36,638 bases of DNA. It comes from a virus. The notes under the pieces are model-generated. The model was not told the DNA's origin. It ran no database searches and saw only the letters and a program-made list of their open reading frames with translations. A program made the translations under genes and the position numbers. Position 1 is the first letter of the stretch. Each line of letters starts with the position of its first letter. Below, piece after piece: positions 5,796-15,002 of the stretch. The stretch is taken from IMG/VR virus record IMGVR_UViG_3300045988_109756, positions 1-36,638 of that record. One strand, 5' to 3'.

Positions 5796-7283
5796 ATGGC
5801 GGACGGGGCAATGGAGATTAAACAGAAAGCAGAATATATCGGTCGCAGAAAGATTTACTGCCCGGTCGATTTCGTCACGAAGGAGAATGTTATTTCCGTA
5901 GTGAATCAAATTCTCTCCCTTCACACTGAAAATATGCTGAGTGAAGAGTACCTGTATTGGTATCGGCGGGGTGTGCAGCCTATTCTGGAACGAGTGAAGC
6001 AGGTTAGACCTGAAATTAACAATAAGGTCGTAGAAAATCACGCTGCCGAGATTGTAGCGTTTAAAAACGGGTATTTTCTGACACAACCTGCGTTCTACAT
6101 TGCGAGAAGAGACGTTGATGAGGTCAACACCAAGGTACAAATTCTCAATGAGATGCTGTATCTATCTGGGAAACAGAATGCCGACAATCAGCTGACAGAC
6201 TGGTTTCACACGGTAGGTGTTGGGACGTTATACGTTGAACCGTACGATGATTCGGAATGTCCGATTAGAGCTTACGCATTGGACCCTCGCTCTGCGTTTG
6301 TGGCGTATAGCCGCAGACCTGGTAATGATCCGCTTTTGGGTGTAAATCTCGTCATATCTGGAAAAAAAGAGTCTAACGTGGAGCTTACACTTGATGTATT
6401 TACCCGAAGGAAGTACTTCAAGCTGCGTGGTGGAATGACCGGGATGGTAATCACCGGGGCACCGGTCGTCGCGACGGCTTATGAGGTAGTTGAAGAGCGG
6501 GAGAACGTTCTAGGCGAGATTCCTATCATTGAGTATCAATACGAGAATAATCGGTTGAGTGCGTTTGAATCTGTCATTCCGTTGCTTGATGCAATTAACA
6601 CGGTCGAAAGTAACCGGATGGATGGTATTGAGCAGTTTATTCAATCGCTGATGATTTTTTATAACTGTCAGCTTGGCGAAGATGAGAAAGGCAATCAAAT
6701 CACACCAAAGCATATCCGAGAGGCTGGTGCTATTTTTCTAAAGTCTGTTGGACAAGACAAGGCGGACTTGAAAATCTTATCAGAGCAGCTAGACCAGACT
6801 CAGACGCAGGTCATGATTGACTACATGTATCAGCAGGTGCTTTCCATCTGCGGTATGCCGTCTACGACAAAGGGCGGCACGTCCACGAGTGATACCGGGG
6901 CGGCTGTGCTTTACCGTGACGGATGGTACCAGGCAGATACGTATGCGAGAAACACAGAGGACCTCTTCAAAGTATCGAATCGGTATTTCGATCGAATCTT
7001 TACAAAAATTCTGAGATTGAAGGGTGTTGTGGATATCTCCCTAGCAGATTTTGAGATTCAGTTTACCCGGAATGAGACAGCTAACCTTCTGGTTAAGACG
7101 CAGGCCGCATTGAATTTGAAAAACCTGGGGTTCTCACCCGAGCTTGCGTTTGGGAAATCCGGCGTATCGAGTGATCCGGTCGCAGATGTGGCGTTGTGCA
7201 GAAAATACATTGATAATCTGTGGGGAACTAGTCAGCCATCCGTTGAGCAAATTGACGAGGTCAGGACGAATGTAGATGCTTAG
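5796..7283 (+). CDS. portal protein
   Basis: About 495 aa, immediately after the terL region and before the scaffold and capsid genes. RBS ggagg precedes the ATG. Confidence 0.8.
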   Translation: MADGAMEIKQKAEYIGRRKIYCPVDFVTKENVISVVNQILSLHTENMLSEEYLYWYRRGVQPILERVKQVRPEINNKVVENHAAEIVAFKNGYFLTQPAFYIARRDVDEVNTKVQILNEMLYLSGKQNADNQLTDWFHTVGVGTLYVEPYDDSECPIRAYALDPRSAFVAYSRRPGNDPLLGVNLVISGKKESNVELTLDVFTRRKYFKLRGGMTGMVITGAPVVATAYEVVEERENVLGEIPIIEYQYENNRLSAFESVIPLLDAINTVESNRMDGIEQFIQSLMIFYNCQLGEDEKGNQITPKHIREAGAIFLKSVGQDKADLKILSEQLDQTQTQVMIDYMYQQVLSICGMPSTTKGGTSTSDTGAAVLYRDGWYQADTYARNTEDLFKVSNRYFDRIFTKILRLKGVVDISLADFEIQFTRNETANLLVKTQAALNLKNLGFSPELAFGKSGVSSDPVADVALCRKYIDNLWGTSQPSVEQIDEVRTNVDA

Positions 7284-7381
7284 TGTATTTAGCGGCTATG
7301 GTCGTTGAAATAAGACAGGGAAGTCTTAAAAACGCAAATGGTGAAGGAACACCACAAAAAATGCAAATGGAGGGTTTTAAC

Positions 7382-7933
7382 ATGAAAATCGATACGTCGA
7401 AAATCGAAGGCTACCAGGAAATGACTGCAGAAGACAAGATTGTAGCGCTTGAAGGTTATGAAATGGAAGCACCTGAGCCGGAAGCTAAGGAGGTTCAACG
7501 CTTGCGAGACGCTTTGAGCAAGTCCAATCGTGAAGCTGCAGAGTACAAGCGTCAGCTTCGGGCGAAAATGACAGACGACGAGGCGAAGGCTGCGGAAGAC
7601 GCATTGGCCAGAGAAGCACTTGAGAATGAATTGGCAAGCCTGCGAAAGGACAAGGCCGTTAGCGGCTATCAGGCTAAGTTTTTGAGTCTCGGTTACGATG
7701 CGGATAGTGCGGCAACGGCAGCTGCAGCACTTCAAGCTGGTGAATTCGACAAGGTGTTTGAAACCCAAGCCTCTTTTATTGAGGCCGCAAAAAAGGCGGC
7801 TGTTGCGGGCGCGTTGGATAACCAGCCGGATTTGTCCCTTGGGGATCGGTTCGGGAAAGACGCGAAGGAAAAATCCGAATTGGAGCAATTGAGGAAATAC
7901 ATGGGGTTACCTCCCACTGAAAAGAAAGGATGA
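7382..7933 (+). CDS. scaffolding protein
   Basis: Acidic, Ala/Glu/Lys-rich predicted coiled coil lying between portal and capsid. RBS ggaggg precedes ATG 7382. Confidence 0.7.
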   Translation: MKIDTSKIEGYQEMTAEDKIVALEGYEMEAPEPEAKEVQRLRDALSKSNREAAEYKRQLRAKMTDDEAKAAEDALAREALENELASLRKDKAVSGYQAKFLSLGYDADSAATAAAALQAGEFDKVFETQASFIEAAKKAAVAGALDNQPDLSLGDRFGKDAKEKSELEQLRKYMGLPPTEKKG

Positions 7934-7939
7934 ATGTGA

Positions 7940-8845
7940 ATGGCAATCAATAACAGTATCGCTCTCGCGAAGGCATATTTGCCCCTGATCGATGAAGTTT
8001 ACAAGCGTGAATCGCTTACGTCCCGATTCGATTACACCAGCGAACGTGTACGCTTTATCGGTGCGGACACTGTGCAGGTGTATAAGGCTACGATGGATGG
8101 CCTCGCAAACTACGGTCGCAATACCGGCTTCGTGCAGGGTTCTGTGAACGGTGCATGGGAGACCATGAAGCTGAACGAGGATCGCGGTGTTTCTCTGTCC
8201 GTCGATGTTATGGACAACGATGAGACCCTGGGTATGGCGTTTGGTACGCTGCTCAGTCAGTTCCTGCGCACACAGGTTGTCCCGGAGCTGGACGCTTACC
8301 GTTTTGCGCAGATGGCGAGTTTTGCGGGCATTGGCAAGGCGGACGAAACCGATATCACGGTTGGCACGACCGATGTTGCTGAAATGCTCGACGTAGCAGA
8401 TCAGACGATGGGGGACGCTGAGGTTCCTATTGACGGTCGTATTTGTTTCATGTCCGAGAAGTGTTACGCAGGCCTCAAGGAAAATATCTCTCGTTATCTC
8501 GGCAATGAGGGCCGGGTCAGCAGAGATGTGACCACCTACAACGGTATGCCGATCGTCCGGGTCCCGAAGAATCGGTTTAATACCGCTATCACGCTGAATG
8601 ACGGCACGTCCGAGTTTGGCTACAAAATTCCGGCAACGACGAGTAAGCCTATCAACTTCCTGATCGTGCACCCGTCCTCCATTGTGCAGATCGTGAAGCA
8701 CGTTGTTCCTCGCATTTTCAGTCCGGAAGTCAACCAGACTATGGATGCGTGGAAGCTGGACTATCGTGTATACCACGATATCTTCCAGTACGAGAATAAG
8801 CAGTCCGGTATTTACCTGTCTGCTGCGAAAACCGCAAACACTTAA
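7940..8845 (+). CDS. major capsid protein
   Basis: 301-aa ORF following the scaffold gene. Position and size fit a siphovirus head module. Confidence 0.75.
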   Translation: MAINNSIALAKAYLPLIDEVYKRESLTSRFDYTSERVRFIGADTVQVYKATMDGLANYGRNTGFVQGSVNGAWETMKLNEDRGVSLSVDVMDNDETLGMAFGTLLSQFLRTQVVPELDAYRFAQMASFAGIGKADETDITVGTTDVAEMLDVADQTMGDAEVPIDGRICFMSEKCYAGLKENISRYLGNEGRVSRDVTTYNGMPIVRVPKNRFNTAITLNDGTSEFGYKIPATTSKPINFLIVHPSSIVQIVKHVVPRIFSPEVNQTMDAWKLDYRVYHDIFQYENKQSGIYLSAAKTANT

Positions 8846-8856
8846 CGGTGGGTCAT

Positions 8857-9003
8857 ATGGGAAGAATCAAAGTTCCAGGTGGACACATGGTAGGGATTGT
8901 CCCTGAGACCAAACCGGATCAACGTCTCGAAAACCCGAAGTCTTACACGGGTAAGGCCGCGACAAAGCGAGATAACGGCCAAAAAGCTGAAAACAAGAAA
9001 TAA
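8857..9003 (+). CDS. 48-aa basic hypothetical protein
   Basis: An ATG after a ggtggg RBS fills the gap between the capsid and connector genes. It is below the ORF-track cutoff. Confidence 0.3.
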   Translation: MGRIKVPGGHMVGIVPETKPDQRLENPKSYTGKAATKRDNGQKAENKK

Positions 9004-9022
9004 GGAAGGACGGGTGGAGAGA

Positions 9023-9331
9023 ATGACAGATGCCGAAAAGATGACGCTTCTTAAAGCGATGACCGGAGAAACGGACGATTCTGTACTCTCCACCTACCTT
9101 TCCATTGCCGGGGACAAGGTGTGTCGCAGAGCTTACCCGTTTGACAAGGAAGTGACAATTGTTCCAGACCAGTACGCATATGTGCAGGTGGAAATTGCCG
9201 TGTACCTTCTCAATAAACGAGGCTCCGAGGGTAAGACGGCCACATCGGAGAATGGCATTTCCAGCACGTACGAGAATGGGGATGTTCCGGTATCTCTTCT
9301 GCAGGAAATTGTGCCATTTGTTGGGTTGTAG
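9023..9331 (+). CDS. head-tail connector (gp6-like DNA-packaging) protein
   Basis: MTDAEKMTLLKAMTGETDDSVLSTYLSIAGDKV.. resembles gp6-like connector proteins. Gene order also fits. Confidence 0.6.
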   Translation: MTDAEKMTLLKAMTGETDDSVLSTYLSIAGDKVCRRAYPFDKEVTIVPDQYAYVQVEIAVYLLNKRGSEGKTATSENGISSTYENGDVPVSLLQEIVPFVGL

Positions 9332-9340
9332 GTGATTGTT

Positions 9341-9712
9341 ATGAAGCTTTTGGAAAAGAATAAATCCACATTTTGGTATCTTCTCTACGATCATAAAGAA
9401 CCGATAACAGACGAGTGGGGGAACGAGCTGGGAGAAGACCGGATTTTTTACAAGGCTGCTGTCTCCGCGAGAGCTAATATTTCAGCTGCTACCGGTTCTG
9501 CCCAGATCGAGCAGTTTGGTAATTTTGCAGGATATGACAAGGTCATTGTCACAGACGACACCCGATGTCCAATTGATGAAAATACCGTGCTATTCGTCGA
9601 TAAGGAGCCGGAGTATAAAGACGGGAAACCGTTGTATGACTACATTGTGAAGCGAGTTGCCAAATCCCCCAATTATATTTCCTATGCCGTCAGCCGGGTA
9701 GTCGTATCATGA
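9341..9712 (+). CDS. head-tail joining protein (putative head closure)
   Basis: Gene order, and RBS aggtga before ATG 9341. Confidence 0.45.
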   Translation: MKLLEKNKSTFWYLLYDHKEPITDEWGNELGEDRIFYKAAVSARANISAATGSAQIEQFGNFAGYDKVIVTDDTRCPIDENTVLFVDKEPEYKDGKPLYDYIVKRVAKSPNYISYAVSRVVVS

Positions 9713-10197
9713 AGAAAGTTACGGTTGATCTCTCGACGAGTGGCATAGAACGCCTGCAGAAGGCTGTGAGGGAATACAAACAGTGGCAAAAGAAAAAGAC
9801 AGATGAGCTGACAAGACGTCTTGCGATGCTTGGTGCGACGACCGCTTCTCTGCGATTCTCAAAAGCAATCTATACCGGGCCGAAAGATGCCGTTATTACG
9901 GTGGAAGAAATCGATAACGGTTACGTGGTAAAGGCAGAAGGCGAATGTGTGTTGTTCGTTGAATTCGGAAGCGGCATTAAGTATGGTAGCGGACACCCCG
10001 AGAATGCGGAATACGGAATGGGTCCGGGTACTTACCCGAACGGAAAGGGTCACTGGGACGACCCACACGGTTGGTATTTGCCGAAGGACAAAGGTGGAGG
10101 CCACACCTACGGTAACCCGCCGACAATGGCAATGTATGACGCGAGAAAGACGATTGAGCAGGATTTAGTAAGAATTGTGAGGGAGGTCTTTGTGTGA
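9709..10197 (+). CDS. neck protein, HK97 gp10-like
   Basis: Gene order and overlapping start/stop codons. The segment FVEFGSG is typical of the gp10-like family. Confidence 0.5.
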   Translation: MKKVTVDLSTSGIERLQKAVREYKQWQKKKTDELTRRLAMLGATTASLRFSKAIYTGPKDAVITVEEIDNGYVVKAEGECVLFVEFGSGIKYGSGHPENAEYGMGPGTYPNGKGHWDDPHGWYLPKDKGGGHTYGNPPTMAMYDARKTIEQDLVRIVREVFV

Positions 10198-10595
10198 TTG
10201 ATATCGAAAGCCGGGTCTATACCCCTATCGCGCAAGCCCTCCGAACCGAGTTTCCGGGTATTTCCGTTACCGGTGAATATGTCCCTGCTCCGTCTAAATT
10301 TCCGTACGTGAGTCTTGTGGAACAGGATAATTATGTGTCTGCAAATCACATAGATACGTCTGACGCTGAACGGTTTTCGACCGTCATGTACGAGGTTAGC
10401 GTCTATTCCGATAAGAACCCCGGTAAGAAGTCCGTGTGCCGTAGTATTATGACGTTTATCGATGACCTGATGTATCAGAAAAATTTCCGCAGGATATCAC
10501 TCTCACCCGTCCCCAATTTAGAGAATGCAACGATATATCGTCTTGTGGCCCGGTATAGGGCCGAAACAGATGGAACCACAATTTACAGGAGGTAA
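10194..10595 (+). CDS. tail completion / tail terminator-like protein
   Basis: Gene order. A GTG start follows a gggagg RBS and overlaps the previous stop. Confidence 0.45.
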   Translation: MIDIESRVYTPIAQALRTEFPGISVTGEYVPAPSKFPYVSLVEQDNYVSANHIDTSDAERFSTVMYEVSVYSDKNPGKKSVCRSIMTFIDDLMYQKNFRRISLSPVPNLENATIYRLVARYRAETDGTTIYRR

Positions 10596-10600
10596 TTGAA

Positions 10601-11032
10601 ATGGCAATTAGTACTTATCGTGTGTACCTGATGCACAAAACGGCCGGTGGCGACCAGTGGGATAAGCTGGTGGACATTAAGTCTTTTCCCGATCTCGGCG
10701 GCCCTCCGGAAATGCTAGAGACAACCACTTTGAGTGATTATATGCAAACGTACATCAACGGCATTCAGTCCGCTGAGGGCTTGGAGTTTGAATGCAATTA
10801 CGATATGGCGGTCTACCAGACCCTCAAAGCGCTTGAAGGCAAGAAGGAGTCCTATGCTGTCTGGTTCGGTGCTACAGGTGCGGCCGGGGCCGCTACGCCG
10901 GATGGCTCCAACGGCAAGTTCAGTTTTGACGGGGAGTTGTCTGTGCATCCCACGGGCGGCGGCGTGAATGAAGTCGTAAATATGAATGTTACGATTGCAC
11001 CGTCTACCCCGATTCAGTTTTCTGCAACCTGA
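10601..11032 (+). CDS. major tail (tube) protein
   Basis: 143 aa, directly upstream of the G/G-T chaperone pair, with RBS aggagg. Confidence 0.7.
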   Translation: MAISTYRVYLMHKTAGGDQWDKLVDIKSFPDLGGPPEMLETTTLSDYMQTYINGIQSAEGLEFECNYDMAVYQTLKALEGKKESYAVWFGATGAAGAATPDGSNGKFSFDGELSVHPTGGGVNEVVNMNVTIAPSTPIQFSAT

Positions 11033-11065
11033 GATATACACGGCCGGTAAGAAGGAGGAATAACC

Positions 11066-11410
11066 ATGGCGAAGCAGCTTACGATCAATGACCCTGTTAC
11101 GGGTGTAACCTACACGTTGGAGTATACCCGTAAAAGCGTAGAGACAATGGAAAAACAGGGCTTTTCCATTGCCGACGTAGAGAGCAAACCGATGACAACG
11201 CTTCCTGCACTGTTCGCAGGTGCATTTCTCGCGCATCATCGGTTCCTGAAACGAGAAGTTATTGATGATTTGTTTTCTCGTATGAATCACAAAGATCAGC
11301 TGATCGCGGCGCTCGGTGAAATGTATAATGCTCCATTGCTGAGTTTGCTGGACGAACCCGAACAGACCGAGGGTGACGAGGGAAACGTAAGCTGGAAGAC
11401 CAGTCTGTAG
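11066..11410 (+). CDS. tail assembly chaperone (gpG-like)
   Basis: 114 aa between the tube and tape measure genes. It contains the slip site near its 3' end. Confidence 0.75.
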   Translation: MAKQLTINDPVTGVTYTLEYTRKSVETMEKQGFSIADVESKPMTTLPALFAGAFLAHHRFLKREVIDDLFSRMNHKDQLIAALGEMYNAPLLSLLDEPEQTEGDEGNVSWKTSL

Positions 11411-11868
11411 GCTACTGTTCTTCCGGAGATAAGAGGGGCGGAGGCGACACACGCCCCGCCGCTCTTTTTGCTTACACTGAGACGTTTTATGCGGAATTTC
11501 CGTATTACCTGGCTATCGGTATGACCTATGAGCAGTTTTGGGAACAGGACTGCGAACTGGTGAAATATTACCGTGAAGCGGCAAAAATAAGCCGGAATCT
11601 TAGGAACCAAGAAGCTTGGTTACAAGGTAGTTATTTTTACGAGGCATTACTAGACGCCTCTCCTGTATTCAGATCACTTGCTAAGAAGGGCACAAAGCCT
11701 GTTCCGTACAGAGACGCCCCTTATGACATGTGTGACAATCATGACAAGGAAAGCAGAAAACGAAAACAGGATAAGGAGGACGAGAAAGCTAAGGCTTATA
11801 TGCAAGCATTGGCGGTATCAATCAATAGGAGATTCCAGAAAAAGGAAGGTGACGTAAGTGAGCGATAA
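11066..11868 (+). CDS. tail assembly chaperone G-T fusion product (via -1 frameshift at 11386)
   Basis: The -1 frame continues ..GKRKLEDQSVG..LFAYTETFYAEFPYYLAIGMTYEQFWEQD.. up to just before the tape measure gene. This is the classic G/G-T arrangement. Confidence 0.65.
11380..11386 (+). promoter_or_regulatory. -1 programmed ribosomal frameshift heptamer G GGA AAC
   Basis: An X XXY YYZ motif lies in the zero frame of the gpG-like ORF. The -1 frame is open from 11377 to 11868. A GC hairpin GGGGCG..CGCCCC follows at about 11435-11460. Confidence 0.75.
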
Positions 11869-14590
11869 TGTAGAGATGCAGGGCCTTGAATTTAAAATTA
11901 TAAACGACAGCAAAGCGGCAAACGAAAGCCTGGACGATCTCACTAAGACGCTTCGTCGCTTGGGTGATGCAACGAAAAATGGAGAATCCGGGTTAGAAAA
12001 AACGTCAAGGGGGCTTCAAAACGTTGCGCGTAGCAGTTCGAGGCTCCTGAGTGCATTTAGTTTTGCAAAGTTTTTTGCAATTTACCATACCGGAAAGAAA
12101 TCCATCGGTAAACTTATTTCCGCATCCGCCGAGTATACAGAAAACATGAACCTGTTTACTGTGGCTATGGGCGAATACGCAGATAAGGCAAAGGCTTTTG
12201 CGGATAAGGCTTCTAGCGTTCTAGGCCTGGACCCGTCAGATTGGGTACGTAACCAGGGCATTTTCCAGACGTTGCTTACAGGTTTTGGTGATTCAGCGGA
12301 CCGTGCGGCAATTATGAGTCAGAATCTGACACAACTCGGTTACGACCTCAGCTCTTTCTTTAATATCCCTGTTTCAGACGCTATGCAGAAGTTACAGTCT
12401 GGTATATCCGGTGAGTTGGAGCCGTTACGTAGGCTTGGTTATGACCTATCCCAAACCAGACTCGAACAGGAAGCTGTCACTCTCGGAATTCAGAAAAACG
12501 TTTCCGCGATGAATCAGGCAGAAAAAGCAGAGCTGCGCTACCATGCAATTCTAACTCAGGTTACAACCGCACAAGGCGACCTGGCCAGAACGCTAGATGA
12601 CCCGGCAAACCAGATGCGAGTGATGCAAGCTGAAATCGCACAAACCACTCGGGCGTTGGGTGATTTATTCATCCCAATTCTTAATAACGTATTGCCGTAC
12701 CTCATTGCATTTGCTAGAGCACTGCGTGAAATTCTAACGTATCTCGGAGCCTTCGGTAGGGCAGGCGGCACGAAGGAAACAAGCTTTGTCACAAAAAGCA
12801 TCAGCCAGAATACAAAAGCCATCGCTGGATATGTCGATGATGCAGCTAACGGTTTCAAGGCCGCGACGAAGGCCGCAAAAAGTCTCTTAAATTACACAAT
12901 GGCGATTGATGAGCTAAACGTCATCAGTCCACCTGCAAGCGGTGGCTCCGGTGGCGGCGGTTCCGGTGGCGGCGGTGGCTCTGATATCGGCGGGGGCGGC
13001 GGTTTTGATTTTGACCTGCCGACGTATGATTTCTTTGAGGGACTAGTCGACACACAGGTTGATGAGATTATGAAGAAGCTCAGACCGATGATCGATTGGA
13101 TTAAAAAGAATCTGAAAACGATTAAAAAGCTGGTCATTGCAATCGGAGCCGGTCTACTGATGTGGAAGCTAACAAAAACGTTTACCGGAGATTTGCTAAC
13201 AATGTCTCAATTGTTAGGGACCTTCACTTTTACGGCAGGCGTTACGCTCCTGCTAGAAAACTTCGACGCGATAGCAAGCGGAGAATATACGATAACCAGT
13301 TTGCAAGGTATTATTACGACAGCACTAGGCGGCGCGTTGACCTCTGCTGGCTTTGGTCTAGTTGTCGGTGCCTCCGCTGGGACGTTGGCAATTATGATTC
13401 CCGTTGGCGCGGTTTTGTCGCTACTTATCACAGACGTGGTTGTAAATTTCGACGACTACAGGAGTATTGCTGCTGATCTGGGCGGTATAGTGTCCGGTAT
13501 AGTAAACGGTGACGATGCTGGTACAAATTCTAGTTTTAATTCACTTATCGCTACGTATCTAACCTCAGACTCTCTCGGAACGTCCCTATTCCAATCGTTA
13601 ATGTCTAGGATGTATACCGATACAGAACAGGGCCAGATTTTGGCGATGGCAAATACCGGGAATCTGGATTTTAGTAAATTATTGGAGCAGATAAAAGAAG
13701 ACGTTTCGGGTTTCTTCTCTAGTTTCTTCACGGGGGCGGTAGACGATATTAGTTCTTTCTTCGGACCCGTCGTCGAGGCGATAAGCTCACCGTTTGTAAG
13801 TGCTTGGGAAAGTATTAAGGGGGCGTGGGCCACTGTCAGCACCTGGTTCGATACAAATGTAACCCAGCCCGTTGGCGGATTTTTTAAGAAACTTGGAGGA
13901 CAGATTTCAAGGTTTGTCAACGATCCAATCGGTTCTATCCGCAAAATGTGGGCCACTGTCAGCACCTGGTTTGATAAAAATATAACTCAGCCCATTGGCG
14001 GATTTTTTAAGAAACTTGGGGGACAGATTACAAAGTTTTTCAACGACCCAATCGGTTCTATCCGCAAAATGTGGAAAACAGTCAGCACCTGGTTCGATAA
14101 AAATATAATTCAGCCTGTTGGTGGATTCTTCAAGAAACTTGGTGAAGATATCGGTAAGTTTTTCACAAAGCCTATCGAAACGATCAAGCGGACGTGGTTA
14201 AGTATCGTTAGTTGGTTCAACACTAATATTGTCGACCCGATCCGCAATGCGTTTCAATCGATAATACCTTCATCGCACGGTCAAAAGCTAAAAGTTGTTG
14301 ACGCTCGTGAGTATGGTACGACGTCCACGATGCAAGATTACAGTCACGCTTTCGGTTATGCGGTTGCTTCGATAAATAGTAAAAACACGACCCTGAATAA
14401 GTCGATGACAGATGCCGATGAAGACATTGTAAAGGCCATTTACGACACGTCTTCGCAAATCGTCACTGCGATTGAACGCAATCGTCCTTTCGTATCTATC
14501 GGTGATGACACCATCGGGCGTGCTAACAAGAGGTTCGAACAGAAAACCGGAAACAATCATGTGAAGGGAGCGTTTGCTTATGTCCGCTAA
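11858..14590 (+). CDS. tape measure protein
   Basis: 910 aa, with a Gly-run, a TM-rich middle region and tandem 41-aa repeats. It sits after the chaperone pair. Confidence 0.9.
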   Translation: MSDNVEMQGLEFKIINDSKAANESLDDLTKTLRRLGDATKNGESGLEKTSRGLQNVARSSSRLLSAFSFAKFFAIYHTGKKSIGKLISASAEYTENMNLFTVAMGEYADKAKAFADKASSVLGLDPSDWVRNQGIFQTLLTGFGDSADRAAIMSQNLTQLGYDLSSFFNIPVSDAMQKLQSGISGELEPLRRLGYDLSQTRLEQEAVTLGIQKNVSAMNQAEKAELRYHAILTQVTTAQGDLARTLDDPANQMRVMQAEIAQTTRALGDLFIPILNNVLPYLIAFARALREILTYLGAFGRAGGTKETSFVTKSISQNTKAIAGYVDDAANGFKAATKAAKSLLNYTMAIDELNVISPPASGGSGGGGSGGGGGSDIGGGGGFDFDLPTYDFFEGLVDTQVDEIMKKLRPMIDWIKKNLKTIKKLVIAIGAGLLMWKLTKTFTGDLLTMSQLLGTFTFTAGVTLLLENFDAIASGEYTITSLQGIITTALGGALTSAGFGLVVGASAGTLAIMIPVGAVLSLLITDVVVNFDDYRSIAADLGGIVSGIVNGDDAGTNSSFNSLIATYLTSDSLGTSLFQSLMSRMYTDTEQGQILAMANTGNLDFSKLLEQIKEDVSGFFSSFFTGAVDDISSFFGPVVEAISSPFVSAWESIKGAWATVSTWFDTNVTQPVGGFFKKLGGQISRFVNDPIGSIRKMWATVSTWFDKNITQPIGGFFKKLGGQITKFFNDPIGSIRKMWKTVSTWFDKNIIQPVGGFFKKLGEDIGKFFTKPIETIKRTWLSIVSWFNTNIVDPIRNAFQSIIPSSHGQKLKVVDAREYGTTSTMQDYSHAFGYAVASINSKNTTLNKSMTDADEDIVKAIYDTSSQIVTAIERNRPFVSIGDDTIGRANKRFEQKTGNNHVKGAFAYVR
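13825..14250 (+). repeat. 123-bp (41-aa) tandem repeat, about 3.4 copies, inside the tape measure gene
   Basis: Units start at 13825, 13948, 14071 and 14194. The peptide unit is W.TVSTWFD.N(I/V)(T/I)QP(V/I)GGFFKKLG..I..F...PI..I(R/K).. Confidence 0.9.
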
Positions 14591-15002
14591 TATTCCGATC
14601 GATGCACGTTTCATTTATCTGGGGACCAGTAAGGGGGTGAAGAGTCTTGCTATCCCGTTTCCCTCTTCCGGTCCGTTTGAAACGTCTCGGAATGTGGATT
14701 CCGCTAGAAACATTCGCGGTGAGGTTGTCGCACAGAAAGTCGGTCGTTCTATCGACAAGCAAAGTATGACATTTAATGTCCTGCCATGTGACAAGTGGTG
14801 GGAGATTAACAACTGGATTGAGCAAAACGGTATGTTCTTCTGGTGTCATTATTTTGCACATAACTACGGTGTTTGGCGTGATCGTAAATTCTATTGTGGG
14901 AATCTCACATGTGAGCCGTACATGGTCGATGCAGAAACGGGTATACCTAAGTTTTATCGTAACTGTACAGTCAACGTTATTGATATGGGGGTGACCGGTT
15001 AA
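14580..15002 (+). CDS. small tail component (distal-tail position)
   Basis: Gene order. RBS aagggag precedes the start, which overlaps the tape measure stop. Confidence 0.45.
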   Translation: MSANIPIDARFIYLGTSKGVKSLAIPFPSSGPFETSRNVDSARNIRGEVVAQKVGRSIDKQSMTFNVLPCDKWWEINNWIEQNGMFFWCHYFAHNYGVWRDRKFYCGNLTCEPYMVDAETGIPKFYRNCTVNVIDMGVTG

